A stretch of 64,000 nucleotides of DNA from Polyangiales bacterium (lineage in GTDB: Bacteria > Myxococcota_A > Polyangia > Polyangiales > Houyiibacteriaceae): positions 18,115 to 82,114 of the forward strand of contig JBGCFM010000010.1 in the NCBI GenBank assembly GCA_045106895.1, read 5' to 3'. Position numbers and translations under genes: made by a program. Numbering within the stretch: position 1 is the first letter of the stretch; each line of letters begins with the position of its first letter. Shown one piece after another: positions 39,986-49,830 of this stretch. The notes under the pieces were generated by a model. That model was not told the origin of the DNA. It made no database searches and worked only from the letters and a program-made list of their open reading frames with translations.

Positions 39986-41611
39986 TTAGTGGCGGAACAC
40001 GCCGAAGTTCATGGTTCCTTCAACGGGCGCGTTGTAGCTCGCTGACAGAGAGAGGGCGACGACGCTTCGAGTGTCGCGAGGGTCGATAATGCCGTCGTCC
40101 CAGAGGCGTGCCGTTGCATAGAGCGCCGTCGATTGGCGATCGATGTTCTGCTCCGTCATCGCCTTCATCACGGTGAGCTTTTGCTCGTCGACTTCTTGTC
40201 CTCGTCGCTCCGCGGAGCCGCGCATCAGGATGTCGAGAACGCCAGCGAGCTGTTTGCCGCCCATCACGGCGATTCGATGGTTCGGCCAAGAGAACAAGAA
40301 GCGTGGTTTGTAGGAGCGGCCCAACATGGCGTAGTTGCCGGCGCCAAAGCTTGAGCCCGTCATGATGGTGATGGCCGGAACGCTCGAGTTTGAGACGGCG
40401 TTGATGAGCTTCGCGCCGTTCTTGATGATGCCCTCTTGTTCGTACTTCTTGCCGACCATGAAGCCGGTGGTGTTCTGCAAGAAGAGCAGAGGCACCGAAC
40501 GCTGGTTGCAGAGATGAATGAACTGCGCGCCTTTGTTCGCCGATTCGCTGAAGAGGGTCCCGTTGTTGGCGATGATGCCGACGGGGAACCCGTGAACATG
40601 AGCCCAGCCGCACACGAGGGTGCTGCCGTAGAGAGGCTTGAACTCGCTAAACCGGCTACCATCGACGATGCGCGCGATCACGTCCTTCGCGTCGAAGGGC
40701 GTCCGCATGTCGGCGGAGCCAACACCGAGGAGCTGCTCCACGTCATAAAGCGGCGGCTCCACCAGACGTGGAGTCGGCATATTCTTTTTCCACTCGAGGT
40801 GCGCCACGATCTCTCGTCCGATGCGAATTGCGTCGCGTTCATTTTCCGCGAGGTAGTCCGCGACTCCGCTCACGCGCGAGTGCATCTCCGCGCCACCCAG
40901 AGACTCGTGGTCGGACTCTTCGCCGGTGGCCATCTTCACGAGGGGAGGGCCAGCCAAGTACACCTGCGCTTGCTCCTTCACGAACACCGCGTAGTCGGAC
41001 ATGCCAGGCAGGTAGGCGCCGCCGGCGGTGGAGCTGCCGAAGACGAGGCACACCGTGGGTAGTCGTGCGGCGGAGCGCCGCGTGAGGTTTCGAAAGCCCG
41101 CGCCTCCAGGAACGAAGATTCGGTCCTGGTTTGGAAGGTCCGCGCCCGCGCTCTCGATGAGGCTCACGCTGACCATGCCGTTCTCTTCGGCCACCTGCGA
41201 GAGTCGGTCGGACTTCGCCAAGCTCATCGGTGTCACGGCTCCACCTTTGACCGTCGCTTCACTTGCACTGATCACGCACTCGACGCCGTGCACGACGCCG
41301 ACGCCGCCGATAACGCTCGTACCGGGCGTCTCACCTTTCATGCCTTGGCCAGCGAGGGGAGCGATCTCTAGAAAAGGAGCGCCCCGATCCAAGAGCATCT
41401 CGATGCGCTCTCGAGGCAGGAGCTTTCCTTTGCCGCGGTGGCGTGCGTTGTACTTGTCGCCACCTCCATCGTTTGCTTTGGCCTGAACTTCGGCGATCTT
41501 CGCCAATCGCTCGAGGGCCACTTCGCGGTTGTGCTCGAAGGTGTCCGAGCCGGTGTCGACGTTGGACTGAAGCACGGGATAGGCGTCGTTCGACGTCGTC
41601 ATGGAAGGCAC
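39986..41611 (-). CDS. Acyl-CoA carboxylase carboxyltransferase beta subunit (AtuC/AccD2-like)
   Basis: ESAGADL, STAGGAY, GFMVG, GAGNY, DDGIIDP, FGVFR. Confidence 0.95.
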   Translation of the reverse strand: MPSMTTSNDAYPVLQSNVDTGSDTFEHNREVALERLAKIAEVQAKANDGGGDKYNARHRGKGKLLPRERIEMLLDRGAPFLEIAPLAGQGMKGETPGTSVIGGVGVVHGVECVISASEATVKGGAVTPMSLAKSDRLSQVAEENGMVSVSLIESAGADLPNQDRIFVPGGAGFRNLTRRSAARLPTVCLVFGSSTAGGAYLPGMSDYAVFVKEQAQVYLAGPPLVKMATGEESDHESLGGAEMHSRVSGVADYLAENERDAIRIGREIVAHLEWKKNMPTPRLVEPPLYDVEQLLGVGSADMRTPFDAKDVIARIVDGSRFSEFKPLYGSTLVCGWAHVHGFPVGIIANNGTLFSESANKGAQFIHLCNQRSVPLLFLQNTTGFMVGKKYEQEGIIKNGAKLINAVSNSSVPAITIMTGSSFGAGNYAMLGRSYKPRFLFSWPNHRIAVMGGKQLAGVLDILMRGSAERRGQEVDEQKLTVMKAMTEQNIDRQSTALYATARLWDDGIIDPRDTRSVVALSLSASYNAPVEGTMNFGVFRH

Positions 41612-41650
41612 GCCCCATGCTCGAATGCCGCCGGCCCAGGGTCAACTCCA

Positions 41651-41670
41651 AAATGAATGGCCATTCATTT
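41651..41670. promoter_or_regulatory. Perfect 20-bp palindromic operator upstream of the carboxylase operon
   Basis: AAATGAATGG|CCATTCATTT, next to a minus-strand TTGACC at 41640-41645. Confidence 0.7.
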
Positions 41671-41680
41671 GCTCGTCGAA

Positions 41681-41716
41681 CGAAAGAATCCGCCGTGAAA
41701 AGCTCACGGCGGATTC
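41681..41716 (-). terminator. Terminator of the sigma factor gene
   Basis: Perfect 13-bp stem GAATCCGCCGTGA/TCACGGCGGATTC with a short T tract on the minus strand. Confidence 0.75.
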
Positions 41717-41747
41717 GTTCAAGAACTCGGTAGCTGGTTCTGTACGC

Positions 41748-43082
41748 CTAGGCGACAAAGGCGCGGAGGGAGTCCGCTTGCGACGCCATGCGAAGCTTTC
41801 GAAGCGCGAGGGCTTGAAGCTGTCGAATGCGCTCACGGCTCAGACCAAACTCGCGTCCGATCTCCGCCAACGTGTGCGCTTCTTGGTCACCGATGCCGAA
41901 GCGCATCCGTAGAATTCGCTGCTCACGCTCGCTCAGCGTTTCAAGGGCACCAAGGACGGTCATGGAGAGGTCTTCACTCACCAACGAATCCATGGGCGAC
42001 TTCACGCCCTCGTCGGCGATGAGATCACGCAGCTCGCTGGAGCCGTCGCTGCCAACGGGGGTCTCAAGAGAGACCGTGTCGCGCGCGATGGCCAAGAGAG
42101 AGCGAACCTTTTCAACGGGCAGCTTCATCGAAGCGGCGACCTCCGCCGGACTCGCGTCGCGACCGAGTTTTGCAGTGAGCTTGCGGCTCGCGCCCATCAT
42201 CTTCGTGAGAAGCTCGTGTGCGTGAACGGGAACACGAATCGTGCGCCCTTGGTCCGTCGCAGCACGCGCCATGGACTGACGAATCCACCAGGATGCGTAC
42301 GTCGAGAGCTTGTAGCCGCGCGTGTAGTCGAACTTATCGATGGCGCGCATCAAACCCATGTTCCCCTCTTGGATGAGGTCCAACAGAGGCAGTCCACGCT
42401 TGAGGTACTTCTTCGCGGTCGACACGACGAGGCGTAGGTTCGCTTCAACCATCTCGGCCTTGGCTCGCTCCACGTCGGCGTCGGCACGCTCGATGAGAGC
42501 GTGAACTTCCTGCACGCGGTTCGCCCGGCGTCCAGACTCTTTCTCCACGAGGGCTTTGTCGTTCTTCTTTCGTGTCGAGAGCAACTCGACCCAGCGAACA
42601 AGGTCTTCGCGCAACGCGACGAACTCCGACTGAAGGACAGCGTCCTGGGGGCGGAGTTTCGTCTCGGCGACTTTCACCTTCAGCTCTTCAAGGCGGTCAC
42701 CCTTGAACTTGGCTGCGACAACGCTCTCCCACATGAGATTGCGTCCAACTTCGATTTGGCGCGCGAGCTCTACCTCACCCTCGCGGGTCAGAAGGCTCAC
42801 GGTGCCGATCCAGTCGAGGTACGACTGAATCGTCTCCGTCGCTCCGCGGCTCTTCGTCGGCGCCACGGACGCGGAGCGGCCTCTCTTTGGCGGTTTGGCC
42901 ATGAGTGCGATGCCTTCACTCTCGGCGCGTCGAAGAAGACGTTTGAGTGACTTTGCTTGGCACTCACAACGCGCAACAGCGGCGCTCACCTCATCGAAGG
43001 TGAGGAAGCCCTGAGCAGCTCCGCGCTCCAGGAGAGAATCAAGAATATCTTTGCTCGCTGTTGCCAAAGTTCCGCCTTTCAC
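41748..43082 (-). CDS. RNA polymerase sigma70 factor, RpoD paralog
   Basis: Regions 1.1-like, 1.2 (LLTREGEVELA), 2 (ANLRLVVS, DLIQEGN, WWIRQ), 3 and 4 (RERIRQ). Alternative TTG start at 43067. Confidence 0.92.
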   Translation of the reverse strand: MKGGTLATASKDILDSLLERGAAQGFLTFDEVSAAVARCECQAKSLKRLLRRAESEGIALMAKPPKRGRSASVAPTKSRGATETIQSYLDWIGTVSLLTREGEVELARQIEVGRNLMWESVVAAKFKGDRLEELKVKVAETKLRPQDAVLQSEFVALREDLVRWVELLSTRKKNDKALVEKESGRRANRVQEVHALIERADADVERAKAEMVEANLRLVVSTAKKYLKRGLPLLDLIQEGNMGLMRAIDKFDYTRGYKLSTYASWWIRQSMARAATDQGRTIRVPVHAHELLTKMMGASRKLTAKLGRDASPAEVAASMKLPVEKVRSLLAIARDTVSLETPVGSDGSSELRDLIADEGVKSPMDSLVSEDLSMTVLGALETLSEREQRILRMRFGIGDQEAHTLAEIGREFGLSRERIRQLQALALRKLRMASQADSLRAFVA

Positions 43083-43160
43083 GCTCGTAGAGTTCGACCG
43101 GACCAGTGATCGACCCCTCGGGGCGCCCGAGCCTTGGGCCCGAAGTACACACGGAACTAA

Positions 43161-43176
43161 TGCAAGGACGCGGCCA
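43161..43176 (-). promoter_or_regulatory. Sigma54 (-24/-12) promoter of the sigma factor gene
   Basis: Minus strand TGGCCG-CGTCC-TTGCA (GG-N10-GC), with an AT-rich tract upstream. Confidence 0.65.
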
Positions 43177-43349
43177 GTTCTTTCACGGCGCGAAAATTCG
43201 ATGATCTGTGCGTAAAATCAGCACATTCATAAAACCTACATATCCCCACACCGGAATACTCGCTCTGTGCGATTTTTCACTAAGTCACTGAATATATTGA
43301 TGAAACAACATACTCACAACTGTGACTGAAAGTCCGTTCACTATGATCG

Positions 43350-44456
43350 TTATGTCGCAGCCATGCAGCCAGTGCGAGCCATGGCACGAAGGAGCCCGAT
43401 CATGGCCTCGCCTTCCTCTTGAGCCCGAGGAAGGAGGTCTTTGAGCGTCGATTTGCCCGTGTGGGCGTACGTTCCAGTAATGAAGGTCTCTGCGTTAGGG
43501 ATCATAGCAGCCAATTTTTCGGCGTGCTCGACTGGAATGACATCATCTTCGCGTCCGTGGGCCACAACGGCCTGAACTTCGATCTTTTTGGCCCAAACGG
43601 AGGGGTTCAAATGGTCGAAAGCCCCGTTTGATTTCTCCAAGAGCTCCCACACGCGCTCTTCGCCGCCCTCTTCAAGACCCGTCGCCTGCAGAAAGAAACG
43701 TTTCGAGGCGGCGTCCGGCAAGGCGTCGGCGAGGCGAAGAGCGCTGGGTCGCAGAGCGCCGGGCACCTTCATCTCCGCTTTGCCCCAAGTGAGGCGCACC
43801 TGCTCGAAGATGGCATGCCGCACCGCCTCTCGGTTCACGTCATGAAGGAGGGGGAGCATATTGTTGAAGACCACGGGCCGGTTGAGCGGATCGTAGGGGC
43901 GGCCTTCGACACCATCCAAGGTGTTGCCCGTGAGGCTGAATCGCACGGCGTCGGTCCAGTCGGCGTAGCCGCCGAAGAGCATCAACGCGCCGATGTCGCG
44001 GGAGGCTGCCACGCGTAACGCAGGAAGAGAGCCGAAAGAGATGGAGAACACTCCCGGCGAGATACGTGCTGGCAACTCTGGGTGAGCGCAGAGCGCATCG
44101 TAGGCACAGAGGGCGTCGGTTCCGAGGGTCTCAGCGACGCGTAGCTCGCCGAAGTCTGGCAAGAACGGACAAAGGACAAGGATGCGCGCCGACGCGAGCA
44201 CGCGACAGAAGCGGTCGAGTCGTGGGTCGGCGGGTCCCAGGTAGTGGAGTCCAGGCACGACGAGCATCGCGCCTTCGAGGGGGGCCGTCCCGCGATATGT
44301 CCAGGCGCGAATGCGCCGGCCGCTCTCGGATGGAAGCGTCGTTTCGCGCCGGCGAATTCCAGGCGGCACGTCTTCGTCGGGTGTCCAGGGACCGAGCCAA
44401 CGCCCCAAAGCCGCTATGCGTCGCCCTTGCGCCAGTGCACGCATATCGAAGATCAT
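43350..44456 (-). CDS. Alpha/beta hydrolase-fold protein
   Basis: Nucleophile elbow FSISFG, HGREDDVIP and a late His (YAHT). Confidence 0.75.
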   Translation of the reverse strand: MIFDMRALAQGRRIAALGRWLGPWTPDEDVPPGIRRRETTLPSESGRRIRAWTYRGTAPLEGAMLVVPGLHYLGPADPRLDRFCRVLASARILVLCPFLPDFGELRVAETLGTDALCAYDALCAHPELPARISPGVFSISFGSLPALRVAASRDIGALMLFGGYADWTDAVRFSLTGNTLDGVEGRPYDPLNRPVVFNNMLPLLHDVNREAVRHAIFEQVRLTWGKAEMKVPGALRPSALRLADALPDAASKRFFLQATGLEEGGEERVWELLEKSNGAFDHLNPSVWAKKIEVQAVVAHGREDDVIPVEHAEKLAAMIPNAETFITGTYAHTGKSTLKDLLPRAQEEGEAMIGLLRAMARTGCMAAT

Positions 44457-44482
44457 GGCGTGAGCTTAGCAGGTTGGTGAAA

Positions 44483-44500
44483 AACTCGGCATGCCGAGTT
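44483..44500. promoter_or_regulatory. Perfect 18-bp palindrome between divergent hydrolase and amidase genes
   Basis: AACTCGGCA|TGCCGAGTT. Confidence 0.65.
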
Positions 44501-44511
44501 AGGGTTGCGGC

Positions 44512-45996
44512 ATGTCTATCGCCGGCGACTACTCTTCCTACGATGCTCTCGGTCTTGCGGAGCTCATTCGAAAAGGCGACGCGAGCGCTTCGGAGCTCGT
44601 CGAGTGTGCCATCGCGCGCGCCGAGGAGGTGAACCCCCAGATCAACGCGATCGTTCAGCCCCTCTACGCGAGAGCACGGGATCGAGCCAAGCAAGAGCTC
44701 AACGGGCCATTCGCGGGCGTTCCGTTTCTCCTCAAAGACCTCATTCAGACCATCGCCGGCGTTGAGACCGGCAGCGGCACGGACTTCTACAACGGATACG
44801 TGCCAAAGGAAGACTCCGAGCTCTTCCGCCGCTACGAGGAAGCCGGACTGAACACACTCGGCAAGACGAACGTCCCCGAGTTCGGGCTGCTCCCTGTGAC
44901 GGAGCCCAAATGCGGAAAGCCCACGCGCAACCCGTGGGACGTGAGTCGAACGTGCGGCGGGAGCTCGGGTGGCGCGGCATCCGCCGTGGCGGCGGGCATC
45001 GTGCCGATGGCGCACGGTGGCGATGGGGGCGGGTCGATTCGAATCCCTGCGGCTTGCGCGGGCCTCTTTGGCCTCAAACCGACTCGAGGCCGAACTCCCG
45101 TCGGTCCCTACTCCGAGCATTGGTGTGGTTTTGCCATCGAACACGTGCTTACGCGCAGCGTCCGCGACAGTGCAGCGGCACTAGACGCCGTCGACGGCGT
45201 GGAAGCGCATGTTCCGTATCACCCGCCGATGAAGCATGGTCTCTACTTGGATGCCGTGAGCGAGGACCCGGGGCCCCTTCGCATCGCCTTCAGCACCGAA
45301 CCTTCGATGCCTTCAGATGTGCACCCTGACTGCGAGGCAGCGGTGCATGACGCGGTCAAGCTCCTCGAAGACCTCGGCCATCGCGTGGATGAAGTACGCC
45401 CCGAGTTCGACGCACGACAGCTTGCGCGCTGGTTTGTGATCATCGTGGGGGCGAACACCGCTGCATCTCTTCGCGAGGCCGAAGCGCTGATGGGCAAGAA
45501 GATCACACACCAAGACTTCGAGACCACGACGATGTTGAGCGCGATGATGGGCGACGCCTTCAAGGCGTCTGAGGTGATGGAAGCGATCCGCGGACTCCAA
45601 GGCGAGACGCGTCGTTACACGGAGCGTATGGAACGCTACGACGTGGTGCTCTCGCCGACGCTTGGGCAGCCGCCGCTTCGCATTGGCGAGCTGGAGCCGC
45701 CGCTTCTCGAACGAAAAGCCCAGGAGATGATCGTTCGAACGGGCGCCAGCCGGTTGCTCCGGTCCGACGCTTTGATGGAGCAGACCATCGACCGTGTGTT
45801 CCAGTTTACGGCGTTCACGCCTCACGCGAACTTTACGGGGCAGCCTTCGATGAACGTCCCGCTCTTCTGGAACCAGGCGGGTCTTCCCGTCGGCACGCAG
45901 TTTAGCGCGCGCTTCGGAGACGAGGCGACACTCTTTCGTCTGGCGGGGCAGCTTGAACGAGCTCGCCCGTGGTTTGACCGGCGGCCGAAGCTCTAA
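44512..45996 (+). CDS. Amidase signature family enzyme
   Basis: [33 protein letters not shown]. Confidence 0.95.
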   Translation: MSIAGDYSSYDALGLAELIRKGDASASELVECAIARAEEVNPQINAIVQPLYARARDRAKQELNGPFAGVPFLLKDLIQTIAGVETGSGTDFYNGYVPKEDSELFRRYEEAGLNTLGKTNVPEFGLLPVTEPKCGKPTRNPWDVSRTCGGSSGGAASAVAAGIVPMAHGGDGGGSIRIPAACAGLFGLKPTRGRTPVGPYSEHWCGFAIEHVLTRSVRDSAAALDAVDGVEAHVPYHPPMKHGLYLDAVSEDPGPLRIAFSTEPSMPSDVHPDCEAAVHDAVKLLEDLGHRVDEVRPEFDARQLARWFVIIVGANTAASLREAEALMGKKITHQDFETTTMLSAMMGDAFKASEVMEAIRGLQGETRRYTERMERYDVVLSPTLGQPPLRIGELEPPLLERKAQEMIVRTGASRLLRSDALMEQTIDRVFQFTAFTPHANFTGQPSMNVPLFWNQAGLPVGTQFSARFGDEATLFRLAGQLERARPWFDRRPKL

Positions 45997-46132
45997 ATGA
46001 AGTTTTGATGCGTGGCGTGAAATAAGCACTGAGTGGAGCCGTAGGGAGGCCACAACCCCTCTCCAACAGGTGCCCTCCATGTTCACGCTTCTCTCGAACT
46101 ATCGCCGACCGACGCCGATCCCCAAACTGCCA

Positions 46133-46924
46133 GTGAGCGCAAAGCCGTGGTGTCTCGTCATGTGCGCAGTGCTTATGAGCGCTTGTGGGAGTCGTCACGT
46201 GGACGGGTCCGGAACCGCCCTCGAAGAAGTGCGTCCCTTGACTCCAGAGGTCACCCACGTTTCCGTTCATGGCGAAGGGCTGCTCGTCGTGACTCAAGGC
46301 AGCGACACATCCTTACGTATTCGGGCAGACGACAACATCGTCCCGCTGCTGCGCTCGGAGATCGTCGCCGGAGTTCTGACCCTCGGCCCGGAGGACGGCG
46401 TGAGCCCTGACTCGGAGAACGCCCTCGTCTACGGGCTGACGCTTCCGCGAATCGAATCCGTCGAGACCTCAGGCGCGACGCGAGCGCAAATCGGTCCCGT
46501 CGAGGGACCACATTTTGAGCTGCGCACCAGTGGGGCTTCCCAGGCGAGGGCGGAGTCTATCACCGCAGAGCGAGTCGCTTTCGTGAGCACTGGCGCGTCG
46601 TCCATCGATTCCGCCCTCGAGGCCGCCGCCGCCAACGTGTCTCTTAGCGGCTCGTCTCGCATTGAGCTTCGCGGACGCACAAACGAACAAGAGGTGGAGG
46701 CGAGCGGAGCGTCCGAGTACAGAGGCCGCACGCTACGGTCCCACCGGGCTGAGGTCCGTGCATCCGGCTCTTCAGCGTGTGAGCTTTTTGCGGATGAGAG
46801 CATTCGCGTCGACGGCACCGGCGCGTCGAACGTTCGCTACCAAGGCGGCGGACAGGTGAGCCGCTCCTTGAGTGGCGCGGCGTCGGTGGACGTCCTTCCC
46901 GAACAAGGTAGCGACCCGCTCTAA
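46133..46924 (+). CDS. Head GIN domain (DUF2807) lipoprotein
   Basis: Lipobox LMSAC, ADDNI..L and repeated SGAS beta-solenoid motifs. Start uncertain. Confidence 0.85.
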   Translation: MSAKPWCLVMCAVLMSACGSRHVDGSGTALEEVRPLTPEVTHVSVHGEGLLVVTQGSDTSLRIRADDNIVPLLRSEIVAGVLTLGPEDGVSPDSENALVYGLTLPRIESVETSGATRAQIGPVEGPHFELRTSGASQARAESITAERVAFVSTGASSIDSALEAAAANVSLSGSSRIELRGRTNEQEVEASGASEYRGRTLRSHRAEVRASGSSACELFADESIRVDGTGASNVRYQGGGQVSRSLSGAASVDVLPEQGSDPL

Positions 46925-47035
46925 GCCTGTCGCTACGTTCTCGCGTCTTTCATTGAGACGGTACGCGCTTCGGGCTGCGACTCCGCGTCTCCGAAGCGAC
47001 GACAGATTCTCACACGCGGCCCGAAGCATGGGCCG

Positions 47036-47395
47036 CTACTCCCCGAGATCCATGATCGGTCGAACCTCTACCCGTCCATGATGCACGGCGGGGCATCGTG
47101 CGGCGAGGGCTAGGGCTTCGTCGAGGTTGGCGCACTCGACGAGGTAGTAGCCACCGAGCTGCTCTTTCGTTTCGGCGAAGGGGCCATCGGTAAAACTCGG
47201 GCTCCCGCCCTTCAGCTCGACGGTGGTCGCCGTCGAGGTTGGCTGAAGAGCGTTGCCACCGAGCATGGCTCCAGCCTTCTCCAGAGTGGCGTTGTATTCG
47301 ACCCAAGGCGCCATGTACGCCTCGAATTCTTTGGGGTCCGTGGGTGGTTCAGGGCTGCCAGCTTCGGCGCCGTAGAGAAGAAAGAGGTACTGCAT
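47036..47395 (-). CDS. YciI/DGPF family protein
   Basis: TDGPFAETKEQLGGYY, VEVRP. Confidence 0.92.
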   Translation of the reverse strand: MQYLFLLYGAEAGSPEPPTDPKEFEAYMAPWVEYNATLEKAGAMLGGNALQPTSTATTVELKGGSPSFTDGPFAETKEQLGGYYLVECANLDEALALAARCPAVHHGRVEVRPIMDLGE

Positions 47396-47427
47396 GAAAG
47401 GTCCTTGGTCCTAGGGTTTGACTGAGG

Positions 47428-47454
47428 GGCGAAGGAGACCGGTCGATTTCGACA
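47428..47454 (-). promoter_or_regulatory. ECF42-like promoter
   Basis: Minus strand TGTCGA-N17-CGCC upstream of the DGPF gene. Confidence 0.5.
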
Positions 47455-47527
47455 TCCATCCGCGTATTTTTGAAAGTTTCTTTCAAACCGCGAGAACTGG
47501 GGCGCTTTTCTGCCTTTTGTGCACGTC

Positions 47528-49045
47528 TCAGCGGCGCACAGCATCGAAGGCGGCGACGAGGCCTTCTTTTAAGGCATCGCTGGCTTCGCCCTCAAGCGTG
47601 TAGCCGCCGAGGGGCCGGCCGTCTTCGTCGTCGAGCCAGAGCACGACGCCGCCGCGCGCGTCCGTGAGTTCCAGGGCCACACCCGCGTTGCGACGTCGAG
47701 TGCTGCGCCACCGGAGGGCGCCGAAGGGAGCAGCACGACGGAGCTTTTCAAGTCGCGCCGCGACGGATCGAGGCAGCGCTTCGCCCAAGGAATCGGCCCC
47801 GAGGGGCGCGATGGGGGGCGAGGCGAAGTGCGCGTTGAAGTGGGCGAGGAGGGCCTCTTGCGTTTCGAGATCTCCGCTCGCGGCGATGATGCTCACGCCG
47901 CACGCTTCGTAGCGTCCCGTACCTTCGGCGCCGAGGCGAAGCCGAAGCTCGGTGTCTCGTTGGGTCAGAAGCACTTGGACTTCTCTTTCCCCAAGCTCCC
48001 GGGTGCGCACCTTGAGCACCGCCGTCGAGCTCTTTCGCAGCCCTACGCACAATGGCCGCAGGTGCCGCGCGAGAAAGCGCCGCTCTGGATCGAGTCGGAC
48101 AAGATCGCTCGGACGAATCGGTGTCAGTTCACTTAGACCATGCAGCTCTGCGTACGTTTCAAAGACGCCGCTACAGCTGTCATGCATGACGCATTCGTCG
48201 CAGGCCGGCGCCTTGGTCTTGTCGCGCCGTTTGACGAAGTACTTGTTCCAGGGCTGGCTCAGCTGGTCGTCACCGTCGATGGCGATGGTGTCCGTGCGCT
48301 CGCCGTCATGGTGAATGCGATGCAGGAGCGCTGGTGCCACGCAATAGGGAAGGTTGCCGACGTTCACGTCAAAGCCAGGGGAGCGTTCGTCGAAGGCCTG
48401 GACCATCTCCGTCATCGGCGCCGCGTAGTCCCCCAGCCTCGGCATCATGTCACGAACCTCGTCCACGCTTCGCTCGCCGGCGTCAAGGGGACGCATCATG
48501 TCGAGGTGAAGCTGAGTGACGCCGTAGGGCAGGAGAAGCTCTGCGAAGTGCGGAACTGACGCGAGGTTCGAGGAAACCACGCACATGTTGACGGTGATCT
48601 TCTCGCCGCGGGTTTTCAGGTTCTCCATCGTGCGGAGAATGCGCTTGAACGAGCCACGTTTCTTCGTCGTCTCCTCGTGGGCTTCGCAGGTCGCTCCCTG
48701 GATCGAGATGCGCCAGGTGAAGTTCCCGCCGGTCGCGAGGACCTCGTCCACGACCTCCGCGCGCGCGGTCTTCACTCCGTTGGTAAAGATGACGATTTCT
48801 TCGAAGCCCAGGTCCACGGCCTCACGAACCACCGTCATGAACTCGGGCTGGAGCGTCGGCTCACCACCGAGAAGCGTGAGCTTTCGATGACCGCTCGCAT
48901 ACGACTCGCGCAGGCGCTCCACCACAGGCGTCGCCGGCATCGGTTTGGCTTCGCCCATCGCCGTGCGCTGTCCGCTAACGCAGAACACGCAGCGGTTGTT
49001 GCACATATGGCCGAGCTGAATCTCGACCTGCTTCGACGGCTCCAC
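47528..49045 (-). CDS. Radical SAM protein with auxiliary Cys cluster and C-terminal extension
   Basis: CNNRCVFC, GGEPT, TNG, LPYC, CDEC.....CSG. Confidence 0.9.
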   Translation of the reverse strand: MEPSKQVEIQLGHMCNNRCVFCVSGQRTAMGEAKPMPATPVVERLRESYASGHRKLTLLGGEPTLQPEFMTVVREAVDLGFEEIVIFTNGVKTARAEVVDEVLATGGNFTWRISIQGATCEAHEETTKKRGSFKRILRTMENLKTRGEKITVNMCVVSSNLASVPHFAELLLPYGVTQLHLDMMRPLDAGERSVDEVRDMMPRLGDYAAPMTEMVQAFDERSPGFDVNVGNLPYCVAPALLHRIHHDGERTDTIAIDGDDQLSQPWNKYFVKRRDKTKAPACDECVMHDSCSGVFETYAELHGLSELTPIRPSDLVRLDPERRFLARHLRPLCVGLRKSSTAVLKVRTRELGEREVQVLLTQRDTELRLRLGAEGTGRYEACGVSIIAASGDLETQEALLAHFNAHFASPPIAPLGADSLGEALPRSVAARLEKLRRAAPFGALRWRSTRRRNAGVALELTDARGGVVLWLDDEDGRPLGGYTLEGEASDALKEGLVAAFDAVRR

Positions 49046-49122
49046 CCGCAGACCCTAGCAGTTCCTCCCTCGCGACACGAAGTAGGGAAGCGTACGTGAC
49101 GGCGCGTGGTAGCGTCACGCCG

Positions 49123-49812
49123 ATGGGATACCGGGACGAAAGCGAGGCGCTGCGGGCGCGCATCCGGGTTCTCGAGCAGGCCCTGAATTCGAAGCCGCGC
49201 CGTCTCGAAGCGCCGCAGGTGTCCAAGTTGAGCGCGACTTCTCCGCTTGAGAAGAAGACGACGCGCTATTCGCTCACGCTGAATGGGAGGCTCTCAAAAG
49301 ACGGCCTGGATTCGATTCGCCAAATGCTGTGGACCAGGGTGGGCGACGCCGAGACAAACACAGACTCTGCGGAGGGGAATCCTCCCGGCGAGACAAGGCT
49401 TCGTTATGCGCGCGGCGCTCAGGTGTTTCGCGTTGTCGAATCCGGCGGCAGAACATACTTGAGTGTTGATGACCGGCGCTGGGGGGCGGGTCAGACCTGG
49501 TCAATCATCCTCGCTCTCGCCGGGGCGATGGCTTTGTCGATGCTTGCGGCAGGCGTTCACGAGGACTGGATCCAGATGGCCATGGGCTGTTATGCCATGG
49601 CGACCATTCTCCTCGGACCCCTCGTGACCATCGGAAGTCAGGGAGTTGGCAAGTCTCGGAGCGTTGCGCTTCTTCAAGAAGCTGCAGGGATCGCGCAAGA
49701 CCACATGCGGATCGGCCGAATGGCAGCGCGCGTAGAGACCTCCGAGGAGGCCGCTCCGGTGGCGGAGTACGTTGACCAACCGCCTCAATCGCCTCGAGAG
49801 GCAGAGCGCTAA
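49123..49812 (+). CDS. Hypothetical membrane protein
   Basis: MGYRDESEALRARI start and two TM helices. Confidence 0.6.
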   Translation: MGYRDESEALRARIRVLEQALNSKPRRLEAPQVSKLSATSPLEKKTTRYSLTLNGRLSKDGLDSIRQMLWTRVGDAETNTDSAEGNPPGETRLRYARGAQVFRVVESGGRTYLSVDDRRWGAGQTWSIILALAGAMALSMLAAGVHEDWIQMAMGCYAMATILLGPLVTIGSQGVGKSRSVALLQEAAGIAQDHMRIGRMAARVETSEEAAPVAEYVDQPPQSPREAER

Positions 49813-49830
49813 CCGGACGAGAGCGGGGCT

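Noticed and set aside
42215..42225. HAH motif in the sigma factor (and in the SDR) as METTL9-like substrates
   Set aside because: Single HxH tripeptides occur by chance, and nothing links these genes to the methyltransferase.
43180..43349. AT-rich patch as possible foreign DNA
   Set aside because: It is short, intergenic and without mobility genes, and is better explained as a regulatory region.
46013..46028. GG-N10-GC sigma54-like element (TGGCGT-GAAAT-AAGCA); similar at 63800-63815
   Set aside because: Both lack the TT before GC and are too weak to call without TSS data.
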